From: Rickettsiaceae bacterium
Lineage (GTDB): Bacteria > Pseudomonadota > Alphaproteobacteria > Rickettsiales > Rickettsiaceae
Length of the DNA stretch: 64,000 nucleotides
Assembly (NCBI GenBank): GCA_029266475.1
Contig: JAQSWU010000002.1
Location: forward strand, 2,852 to 66,851
Reading direction: 5' to 3'
The notes beneath the pieces were generated by a model. The model was not told the origin of the DNA and did no database searches. It saw nothing but the letters and a program-made list of their open reading frames with translations. Shown one piece after another: positions 1 through 9,600 of this stretch (within the stretch, counting starts at the first letter, position 1; every line of letters starts with the position of its first letter). Made by a program: the position numbers and the translations under genes.

Positions 1-3000
1 TAGAGTTAGGAGCAACAATACACGAAGGTCCATTAAGCCAATATAGTGATTATACAGATAGAGTAGCTTTGAATAATGAAATAATTAGCAATAATGATCA
101 GCGAATTAGAGAAAACCCAGAGCTTATTATTGATAAATTATCAATCAATAAAGCTGCTTTTACTAAGGTAGATATCGCAAGAGAAGTTGGTAAATATTTT
201 GGTGTAAGAATTGGTAAAAGTGATACTGATTTAGAGAGCCTAAATCATGTAAATGCTTCAGAGTTTTTAACTGCGTATGAGAGGGTTTTATCCTCTGAGA
301 AGCTAGCAATACTTACAAATAATTCACTTAATGGGGAGATACTTTATACTTCAAGCGCAAGGATAAAATTAGAGCAAAGGCTAATTGATACAGTATCAAA
401 ACTTAAGGAAGATTATAGCCATTCGCTAGGGCTAACAGAAAAAGAATTAGGCGAATATTCTGTTGCTGAAACGATTAAACAAAACATCAAAGAAATGAGT
501 AAAGCCATTGAATCTACTCTTGGAATTGACCTTGGAATACGTAAAAATATTGAGCTTTCGAGTAAACAGAAACAAGCAGTGCTGCATGCTTTAAATGGAC
601 CTAGTATATCAGTTATAGAGGGCTTGCCTGGTGCTGGTAAGAGTACTGTAGTTAGAGAAATTACTAGACAGCTTGGGAAGAAGGGGTATCGAGTAATAGG
701 TGGAGCTGTAAGTAGTTCGGCAAGTCGTAACCTAGCAGAAGCTGGGGGCATTTTTACACAGAACCTTTCAAAGTGGCGATATGATATCGAGGAGTATGAG
801 CGAGATATTACAGGTGAGAAATTTAACCCTGCACTATCTTTAGATTATTACGAGAAAGAGCTTTACCAAAAAAGGCCATCATACTTTACTAATCGAGATG
901 TATTTATCCTAGACGAAATGTCCATGGTTAGTCTTCCAGATTTTGATTTTATAAAAAATGAGATATTGAAAGCTGGAGGTAAGATAATTAACCTTGGCGA
1001 CAATAATCAGCTAGGAGCAATAACGCTACAAGGAGCAAGTAGTAAAACTACGGAGATTGCAGGCTCATATGTGCTTGATGAGGTCAGGAGGCAAGACAAC
1101 CCATTACATAGGAAAGCAACTCAGCTAATATCAAGGTATAGGTTAAAAGAAGCATTAGAGATTTATAAGGAAACCAATGTTTTTGAAACAGCTACAACCC
1201 TAGAACAATTACGTGAGAAGCTAGTAAATGATTATGCTAGTGAGTATTTGAAAGTAGCAAAAGAAGAGGGAATAGATCATTTAAGCTCACATGGTCAGAT
1301 GGCAATCATTGCTTATACGAATGATGAGGTAAGAGCGCTTAACGTACTTGTTAGAGAAAAGCTTAAAACTGCAGGCATTATTAAGGATTATAGCTTTAAG
1401 CTAGTGAGTAGTACAGGAAGCTTAGAGTTTGGAGTTGGTGAGCAGATAGTATTTACGAGAAACAGCAAAAAGCAGGGAGTAGAGAATGGCGATGTTGGTA
1501 TTGTTCGCTCTATAAATGGAAATGTTCTCGGAGTTAAGCTTATTAGGGATAAGAAATCCTATAATATAAATATTGATACAAGAGACTATAAATCCATAGA
1601 TTATGGCTATGCACAAACAATCTACAAAGCACAAGGTAAGACTTACGATTATGTGAAAGCATTATTTGAATCTTTAACTGGTTTCCAGGTATTTAATGTA
1701 ATGATGACCAGGCATGTAAAAGATTTAAAGTGCTATATAGATCAAGACATGATTGATAGTAACTTATATAGTAATGTTGAGTATAAGAAAGAAGAGAAAC
1801 TAACTTCAGCAATATTAAATAGTATTACGAGGCGAGCAAAATCAGATTTCTCTATAGAATATCTAAATAGTGAAAACTTGCCTGAAGTTAAGACCTTAAA
1901 AGCTTATATAGAGGCTAAAGAAGACGTGCTAGAACTGCACAAGGCAATTGAGAGGGAAAAGAATGAAATATTTAAACGTGATGGGATACATATTAGCACT
2001 TGGGAGAGTAAATATGCTGAGGATTACAAAGAGGTTCTAGAAGAACGTATGCAGCTTGCACAAGAAATATGTAAAGAGTTTGATTCATATAAGGGACTAA
2101 TATCTCAGACACGTTTGAGCTTTGATGTAATAGCTGCTCATGCTGGGCTTGAAGGATATAAGAAGGAATATTCTAAAGGGAGTCAGCTTAAAGCAGCAAG
2201 ACAAAATAATATTACTTTATCGCCAGAAGTTATATATCTGGCTCAAGATATAAAAGAAATATCCAACAAAGAGCATGGGCCTTTATTTGAAGGTGCAAAC
2301 GAGCCTTTAAGAATCGGCATTAAGAATTTAAGTAGCAAGTTGTTGCATGAGCATGAGGAGAAGGTTTTAAGCGTTAAATCACTGGAGCTTAAAGTAAATG
2401 ATTTAAGGCAGGGTAAATACAAGGCTGAGGCGGAACTCACTAATGCCAAATATTTTGTTGAGGAAGCGCTTCCTTACATATTGACTAAGACATTCAAGGA
2501 TGGAGAGGCGGCTCTTAAAGCTTGGAATGTTTTAAAAGAAGAGAAAGGCTTTAGTGGTGCGCTACATGACATAAAGAAAGATATTTCTGTTCTTGGCAAG
2601 CTACAAGGTGTGGGAATTGGTAATTTATTTGCATTATCTTCGGTAAGGCTAGATGCTTTATCGCATGTAAAGACTCTTCCAGAGAACTTAAATAAGTACG
2701 AAGACTCTAAGGTAATGATTCAAGATTATGCTGCAGAGTTAAAAGAGAATCATTGGGATAAGGAAATAATAAAGCTTCAAATAAATATTAAGGGCCTTGA
2801 ATCTGCAATGCTTGATGATAAGACTTATGAGTTAGTAAAAAACATTAGAAATAAAGCAGTTGAGACAGAATTACTAATAAATTATACGAAAATTAAAGAG
2901 GTGCAGTCTTGGATAAATACAATCCAGAAGATAAGTCACTCTATAGAAAAGTTAGAGAAGAATGAGCTTGGTAATGATAGAAAATCTAATCAAGGTTACT

Positions 3001-5720
3001 ATAACAGTAAAGAGATTAGCAGAAACTTCAAAATAGAACGTGAATCTTTATCTTTTGATGAGGTAAATGCAAAACTTACTCAATACGCTAAAGAGTTAGG
3101 CCATGAGTTATTACCGCAAATTACAGGCGATAAAGTAGAAGAGGGCAGGGCAGGGTTGCTCAAATGTGGTAGTGTAATGCTTGAGACGAGTGGTGCAAAA
3201 GCAGGTTTATGGTTTAGGTTTAGTAGAGGTGAAGGTGGGAATTTGTTTGATCTGATAAAAAAGGCAAATAATCATGGTTCATCCGTAGAGAGTTTAAAAT
3301 GGGGTGCTGAATGGCTAGGTATGAGTCATAATGATTTAGATATTAAATCACTTAGAACAACAAGGATTGAGCAAGAGGCTACTCAGCCAATTAAAGTTAA
3401 GGAATTAATATGGAAGACTGCATCCTTAGTTCCAGATAATGCACCCGCACCAAAGATTGATAAATGCTTTGCAGGGCTTCAGAGTACACATATACAAGAA
3501 GCTGTATATACGTATAAGGATAGCAATGGTGATACTATTGGGTACGTAGTAAGGTTTAAGGATGAAGAAACTAATGCTAAACAAACTTTACCACTTGTAT
3601 GGGCAGAAAATATTAAGACAGGAAGGCAGGGCTGGAAGAGTCAAGGGTTCGAAGGCAAACCTATATATGGGCTAGAGAAGCTTAATCAAGATAGGAAGAC
3701 TGTTTTGATAGTAGAAGGTGAAAAGACAGCGGATGCAGCTTCAATGCTTTTACCTGAGTATACAGTTATTAGCTGGCTTGGAGGAACTAATAGTGTATTG
3801 CAAGTAGACTGGAAAGTACTTAAGGGTAGGAAGGTAGTAATATGGCCTGATAATGATGCACCTGGTATGAAAGCAGCAAATGTAATAAGCAATAAGCTTG
3901 AAGGAGTTGCCCAAGATATTACAATTGTGAATCCTTATTTATTGAAGTTCTCTGAAAAAGTACATGAAAACATACTTCCAGAGAAATGGGACCTTGCTGA
4001 TAATTTACCTGAAGTAATAACTAAAGAAGGAATTAAGAAAGCTATAAGGAATGCTCAGAATGCTAGACAAGAGCTAACAAGTGAAAATCTAGAAGCTGCT
4101 ATTGATAAAGTAGGAATTGATGATAAGCAACTCTATGCACAAGTATGTAAACAATCAAAAGAGCTAGCTGCAACATCTAAGTTATATCCTGATAGCGAAA
4201 GTTTAGTAAAGCAAGTTATTAGCAATATTAAAGTGACAGATGGACAAATCAAGGATATCGGCTTTACAGCTGCTAAGGAAGCTTTAGAACTAAATGAATA
4301 TGTTCAGGGTGGTGCTATGGGTAATAAGTTCCATGAGAATTTATTGTCGCATATATATGTAAAGCAGCAGGCATTAAACAATGAATTGCCATTAAGTGAA
4401 AGATTGTCTCAAACAATTAAAGCTTATGATAAGTTAGAGAAAGGTTTAACCTTACTCCAGGAGGATAAATATAAAAAAGAAATAAATACAGCCTGCGATT
4501 CGCTACAAGGAAATTATGGAGTATCAAGAAAAGCTGCTGACGTATTTGTGCAGGCTGTAAAAGATATTGTAGTACTAGACACAGTAACAACTCAAGCAAT
4601 GAGCCACAATTATGAGTATTTTAAAGAGGTAACTATACAAATAAGAGACATATTTATTGAGAATAAAGATTTCTTGATGCAAGCAGGAGATGCAGTTAGT
4701 GAGAGCACAGTAAAGAATATCTATAACAAGCTTTATGAGAAAGTAGTATGTAATGAAAACATAGCCGATAAATTGCTTGAAAATACTGAGCAGAAAAAAG
4801 GATTGCAGCCTACATATCAGGACATAGAATTTAGAATGAAAGGTTTTAATATTACTGATAAGGAAACTATTGATCGTGCTTATATACATGCTCTGGAGAG
4901 ATTTGAAATAATCGGTAGAAGGACGCTGTCAAATAAACAGATTGAAGCTATATGCGCAAGATCTGTCTTTGAAGCGACATCATTACTTGGGTGGCATAAA
5001 GAGTTACAGTTTGAGGGTATAAATAAAACTGAGATTGAGAGAAACCCTACGGATAAAATACACTTACAAATTAATGCAGAGAAAATGGCATTGATTGAAG
5101 GCAATTTATTTGAACAATACTATCTAAGAGGAGAGGAGGTAAAAGAAGATAAACTAGTAGATCAAACAATAGAGATATTTAAGAGTCGTAAAGAGAAGGT
5201 TGAAGAGCAGTTTAAGCATAATGATATAGTAAGAAAATTAGCTCAAGAGAATATGTTGGCAGCGCAAGTTATGGCTGGAAATATTGTTGACCATAATAAC
5301 ACATATGGCCATAACCTTACTACTGAACGCTTGCAATTAATTAAGGATATGAGCATAGAGCAATCTATATTAAGCGATAAAGTTAATGAGGTAGCTGCTA
5401 GTGAACTACATGAATTAGGAAACAAGCTGCTATCTAAGGAACAAGCTTATAATGATATTGAAACAACAAAAGTGAATTGCAAATACTTACATGATAGAAC
5501 CTTTAGAAGAGAAGCTTTGGAAACTTTATTTAATGTATATGAGAAAAATTGCTCTACGGAGGTTATATCTGAAACAAGTCAAGATATGCATCATGAAATT
5601 ATTCATGAAGCTGTAATACAGACAAATCAGCTACAGCGTGGGTATATTCAGCAAAGGCAACAAGAGTTAACACAACAATTACATCATTCTAAAGATAAAG
5701 GCATGGATATGGATAGGTAG
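1..5720 (+). CDS. traA: Ti-type TraA conjugative relaxase / RecD-like helicase fused to a Toprim primase-like domain; 5'-partial (continues upstream of window)
   Basis: The frame is open from nt 3 up to the ORF-track start at 69 (ELGATIHEGPLSQYSDYTDRVA then LNNE, no stop). The relaxase (MobA/MobL) part is therefore probably upstream of the window. Helicase motifs: Walker A GLPGAGKST (nt ~621-650), FILDEMSMV, YAQTIYKAQGKTYD, VMMTRH. Primase-like block at nt ~3130-3900: GGNLFDLIKK, VLIVEGEKTADAAS, VVIWPDNDAPG (Toprim E and DxD). A C-terminal extension of ~600 aa has no motif I recognise. Confidence 0.85.
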   Translation, partial: ELGATIHEGPLSQYSDYTDRVALNNEIISNNDQRIRENPELIIDKLSINKAAFTKVDIAREVGKYFGVRIGKSDTDLESLNHVNASEFLTAYERVLSSEKLAILTNNSLNGEILYTSSARIKLEQRLIDTVSKLKEDYSHSLGLTEKELGEYSVAETIKQNIKEMSKAIESTLGIDLGIRKNIELSSKQKQAVLHALNGPSISVIEGLPGAGKSTVVREITRQLGKKGYRVIGGAVSSSASRNLAEAGGIFTQNLSKWRYDIEEYERDITGEKFNPALSLDYYEKELYQKRPSYFTNRDVFILDEMSMVSLPDFDFIKNEILKAGGKIINLGDNNQLGAITLQGASSKTTEIAGSYVLDEVRRQDNPLHRKATQLISRYRLKEALEIYKETNVFETATTLEQLREKLVNDYASEYLKVAKEEGIDHLSSHGQMAIIAYTNDEVRALNVLVREKLKTAGIIKDYSFKLVSSTGSLEFGVGEQIVFTRNSKKQGVENGDVGIVRSINGNVLGVKLIRDKKSYNINIDTRDYKSIDYGYAQTIYKAQGKTYDYVKALFESLTGFQVFNVMMTRHVKDLKCYIDQDMIDSNLYSNVEYKKEEKLTSAILNSITRRAKSDFSIEYLNSENLPEVKTLKAYIEAKEDVLELHKAIEREKNEIFKRDGIHISTWESKYAEDYKEVLEERMQLAQEICKEFDSYKGLISQTRLSFDVIAAHAGLEGYKKEYSKGSQLKAARQNNITLSPEVIYLAQDIKEISNKEHGPLFEGANEPLRIGIKNLSSKLLHEHEEKVLSVKSLELKVNDLRQGKYKAEAELTNAKYFVEEALPYILTKTFKDGEAALKAWNVLKEEKGFSGALHDIKKDISVLGKLQGVGIGNLFALSSVRLDALSHVKTLPENLNKYEDSKVMIQDYAAELKENHWDKEIIKLQINIKGLESAMLDDKTYELVKNIRNKAVETELLINYTKIKEVQSWINTIQKISHSIEKLEKNELGNDRKSNQGYYNSKEISRNFKIERESLSFDEVNAKLTQYAKELGHELLPQITGDKVEEGRAGLLKCGSVMLETSGAKAGLWFRFSRGEGGNLFDLIKKANNHGSSVESLKWGAEWLGMSHNDLDIKSLRTTRIEQEATQPIKVKELIWKTASLVPDNAPAPKIDKCFAGLQSTHIQEAVYTYKDSNGDTIGYVVRFKDEETNAKQTLPLVWAENIKTGRQGWKSQGFEGKPIYGLEKLNQDRKTVLIVEGEKTADAASMLLPEYTVISWLGGTNSVLQVDWKVLKGRKVVIWPDNDAPGMKAANVISNKLEGVAQDITIVNPYLLKFSEKVHENILPEKWDLADNLPEVITKEGIKKAIRNAQNARQELTSENLEAAIDKVGIDDKQLYAQVCKQSKELAATSKLYPDSESLVKQVISNIKVTDGQIKDIGFTAAKEALELNEYVQGGAMGNKFHENLLSHIYVKQQALNNELPLSERLSQTIKAYDKLEKGLTLLQEDKYKKEINTACDSLQGNYGVSRKAADVFVQAVKDIVVLDTVTTQAMSHNYEYFKEVTIQIRDIFIENKDFLMQAGDAVSESTVKNIYNKLYEKVVCNENIADKLLENTEQKKGLQPTYQDIEFRMKGFNITDKETIDRAYIHALERFEIIGRRTLSNKQIEAICARSVFEATSLLGWHKELQFEGINKTEIERNPTDKIHLQINAEKMALIEGNLFEQYYLRGEEVKEDKLVDQTIEIFKSRKEKVEEQFKHNDIVRKLAQENMLAAQVMAGNIVDHNNTYGHNLTTERLQLIKDMSIEQSILSDKVNEVAASELHELGNKLLSKEQAYNDIETTKVNCKYLHDRTFRREALETLFNVYEKNCSTEVISETSQDMHHEIIHEAVIQTNQLQRGYIQQRQQELTQQLHHSKDKGMDMDR

Positions 5721-5769
5721 GTATAATAATTACTTTATCAATAAGCTTAAACATCACAGGAGAAATTAT

Positions 5770-6456
5770 ATGTGTGGAAGATTTACTGTTACTTTGTCAG
5801 ATATCGCTTTAGAGACAGAGTATGGCATCACTAATAATGTAGAGCTAAAGCCAAATTATAATGTTACGCCTTTATCAAATATTCCGGTAATAATAAAAGA
5901 TGAAAAGAATGATTTTAAACTACAATTTATGCATTGGGGCTTAATCCCTCATTGGAGTAAAGATATATCTATCAGTCATAAACTTATTAATGCAAGAGCT
6001 GAAACGTTGCAGGAGAAACCATCATTTAAGAAAAGTTTCCAAAGTAAAAGGTGTATTATTCCAGCCTCAGGTTTCTATGAGTGGAAGAAAGAAACTAAGC
6101 AGCCTTATTATATTAAGCCCAAGGAAGGATTTTTCTCTTTTGCTGGACTTTGGGATCAATGGAAAAGCTCTGAGGGGCAAATAATAAATTCTTGTACAAT
6201 TATTACGACTGAAGCAAATGATGCTTTAAAAAACATACATCATCGCATGCCTGTGATAATTAGTAGAGAGGACAGAAATATATGGTTTGATTCGAATGCA
6301 GGAAGAGATGAACTCAAAACCCTCTTACATCCTTATACTGAAACGAATATAGAATGTATTGAGGTGAGTAAAAGGGTTAATAGTCCAAGCAATAATGACG
6401 CAAGCCTGATCAACCCTTTGTATAAAGACTCTATATTTAATTGCCGTCAATCATAG
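5770..6456 (+). CDS. SOS-response-associated peptidase (SRAP / YedK / HMCES family)
   Basis: N-terminal MCGRF (catalytic Cys2), HWGLIPHW, INARAETL, CIIPASGFYEW and HHRMPVII are the canonical SRAP motifs. An AGGAG RBS lies 7 nt upstream of the ATG. Confidence 0.9.
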   Translation: MCGRFTVTLSDIALETEYGITNNVELKPNYNVTPLSNIPVIIKDEKNDFKLQFMHWGLIPHWSKDISISHKLINARAETLQEKPSFKKSFQSKRCIIPASGFYEWKKETKQPYYIKPKEGFFSFAGLWDQWKSSEGQIINSCTIITTEANDALKNIHHRMPVIISREDRNIWFDSNAGRDELKTLLHPYTETNIECIEVSKRVNSPSNNDASLINPLYKDSIFNCRQS

Positions 6457-6642
6457 ATTTAGAATGAAATAAATTATAGAAAAAAATATTTTTTATTCTA
6501 CTGTTGCTGTTAAGTATATACCTGAAATATCTAGCAAATGAATCCTTCCTCAAAGCTTGTAAATAATATAATAAATATTTATTTACATTTATAAATTTAT
6601 TCTATAAATTTTGGTTAAAAGGTCTTTATATATTTAATTATT

Positions 6643-9600
6643 ATGAATAGAACAATAGAAAGAATTAAAGAAATACTTATCGGAACTCTAGGAGAAGAGG
6701 CATATTGGAGAGAGATGTTACGTACTACTTATGCAGGCCGATTAATCGATACCTTAGCAGCACGAGTAAGATCTAATAGAGATATGGATTTAATCCATTT
6801 ATCGCCCTTACCACAGATAGCAATACGTGAAGTTATAAAAAAAATCATGAGTATGGAAATTCATGATACTAATGGGGTTATAGGAGGAGAATATTTTGCA
6901 TTTCTAAACACATTAAAAGAAGAAATGCAGTTAAGCACTCTAGAAGAGAGTAGGAATTTATATAATGAATATTATGCATATTTAGATTCTGTACTTAATA
7001 GTACAGATATAGAGCATATAGAAAATACTAAAGAGAAGGTTACAGATATATATCGTATATTCATGTCAAAAACTTCAAGCTATTCTGATATTCAGTATGA
7101 AGGCAAAGCTATAGCAGAGTGGTTGGATATTCATTTAATCGTAAGAAGTTATAATGATAATGGTGAATATTACGAACAAGAAATAGGCTCTAATCCTTCT
7201 AAAGAAGTATTTACTATAGTATTGCGGCATACGCAAGACAATAGAAGCTCACATTATGTTTTAGAGAGAGTCAATGATGTAGATATACCTCCTAGTATTG
7301 CTGGTGCAGGAAATTGTTTATTTGACTCTTTAGCTCAAGCAATGCTAGAACTTTATATACAATATTTTGGCTTGGATACAGAGGATACATATGTACAACG
7401 TAGAGTTTTGCAGCTTGTAGAGGGCATTAACCTAGGCTTAGTATCTCGAAGCTCACTTATAGAAAATCTAAAAAACGAAGATGATCTTTTTAGGGAGTAT
7501 ACAGCGAAAGCACTGCAATATCTAGCAAGCGATTTAGATGGCAAAGAAATTGAAACTTTACGTGAGCTTAGTGAATATGATGTGTATCAAACAGTACGTA
7601 TAGCTGCCGCAGAAACACTCTACTTGAAAGGCAACGAAAATGATAAGATTAAAGCTATAAAAGTTATAACTAATTTGTTTAGCTATCCCGGCCCAGTTGA
7701 AGAATACAAAGAAGGTGCAGACTTAGTTAGAACGAAAGCTATAGAATCTTTTTTGATGCTTATACAACATAATAACGCTTTAGCGTTAAATGAAAACCAG
7801 CTTAATCTATTACGTAACCTTATGAACTTTGACGCTTATCAAACAGTTCGAATAGAGGCCGCAAAAGCTTTATATTTAAATACAAAATATATTGAGGACA
7901 GTTTTGCAGCGCGTATATTATTCGCACAACTATTGTTAAACTACACACACGAATCAAATGAGGTTACTGAATTAATAAGGGTTAAGGCCGCTGAAGCTAT
8001 AGGTTTTTTGCAAGAATATGATGAGGAAATGATAAATATTTTACGATTAGCCCTTGACAGCTCTTCCGATAAAGTAAAGGTAGCTGCAACCTATAGCCTA
8101 GATAGACTGGGTCAAATAAAAGAGAAATCTTGGCATGAATTTACTGATAGGCAAACTGGCAGTAAGTATGCTTCTAATGGTGAGGTAAAGCTTGCAGTGA
8201 AGTTTCATCTTTATGAATTACTCGTACATATGGCAGATCATGAAAATATTTTGAAGTATCAAAATGATCTTAAAGTTAACTTTATACCTTTTACCCAAAA
8301 ATACTTAGCAAGCGGCAGTAAGGAGTTTCCTAATAAAAAGAGCGTAGCTTTTATCCAAGCTTTAAGATATAGCATAACAAGATATTATAATATTCCTGCA
8401 GATGAGGATTATGAATTCAATGATGAAGCAGAATTTGTTTCTCAGCTTTTTTCACTACCTGATAAAACTACTGCAACCTTATCACTATACAATTTGCTCC
8501 TAAAAGATTTTATAACAAGAAATCCTCAAGGCTTATGGGCTACACATAAAAAAAATGATTCACACTTCAATAATATAAACAATTGCCATATTAAGGTTGC
8601 AAAGGCAATTGCTAATAATGAGATTAGTAAACATAAAACTGCAATAGATATTACTATGGCTACTATAGTACATTATCTTTACAGGGCGCTACATGCTTTC
8701 AAAGATTATGAATTGATTAAGGATACTGATTTTAATGAAGATGAGTTGCGCTATATGGAGAAAGTGAAATTCGCTCCTGAGGAAGAAAGAGCTTTTCGCA
8801 ATGCTTATCTAGGACAAGATAAGGAAAGAGATATTTTACATGTAAAAGGAGCAATCTATGAGGAACAACGGACTCTACACAATATAAGCACTATAGGAAG
8901 TATACAAAGTAGTGTAACTTTATTGCCATATCTAAAAAAGCAAGGATATGAGGGGAAGAAGGCTTGTGAAAGCTTTTTGAAGTTTATTGGTAATCTAACA
9001 GAGACTAATAAAAGATATACCACACCAGAAGATGCTATATCTTTTTTATTAAAGCTGCGTGACACAATGTTTTTTGAAAGGAACGACATTCAATTACTAG
9101 GAATAGGCTTCCATGGTTCGTTTTTTGAAGCAGGAAGAGATTCTTTTGATGATGAGACAGCCGTATATATATCCTTCACAGAGCAATTTAGGATTACAGG
9201 GTCAATATTTTTAAATTATGTTGCCTTTGATCTAAGAAAGTTTCTAAGCGAAGAATTTGAAACTCGAGTTATGGTAAGAGTAGAAAGCCATACTGACCTT
9301 ACACGTAAACTAATGTGTCACTATACAATGGAGCAAATCTGGGAGCATATTATTGATTCTTTTGATCAAATAGACGAAACTCTTACTACGAAGATGCTAT
9401 CATTGATTAATAAACATATAGAGACCTATATAATAAATCCTAGTAAAGGGAAAGAAAAATTGAAAATTGAGCAAGATCACCTTGCGGCGTACTTAGAATT
9501 AGATCGTATAAGTATGATTAACCAATTACAGCAGCTAAATATCAGATTAAAGAATGACCTTCCTTTTGTAAATATGACTAACCATGAAAAAGCAATATAT

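Noticed and set aside
413-5425. Nine minus-strand ORFs of 60-112 aa inside traA (413-751, 1422-1634, 2243-2449, 3686-3892, 4417-4599, 4575-4889, 4880-5104, 5243-5425 and similar).
   Set aside because: All lie antisense within a long, motif-rich coding region and give low-complexity or Leu/Ser/Cys-rich translations. They are typical shadow ORFs of AT-rich coding DNA.
5990-6184. Alternative-frame 64-aa ORF inside the SRAP gene.
   Set aside because: It overlaps a gene with complete family motifs in another frame, and its translation is basic and low-complexity.
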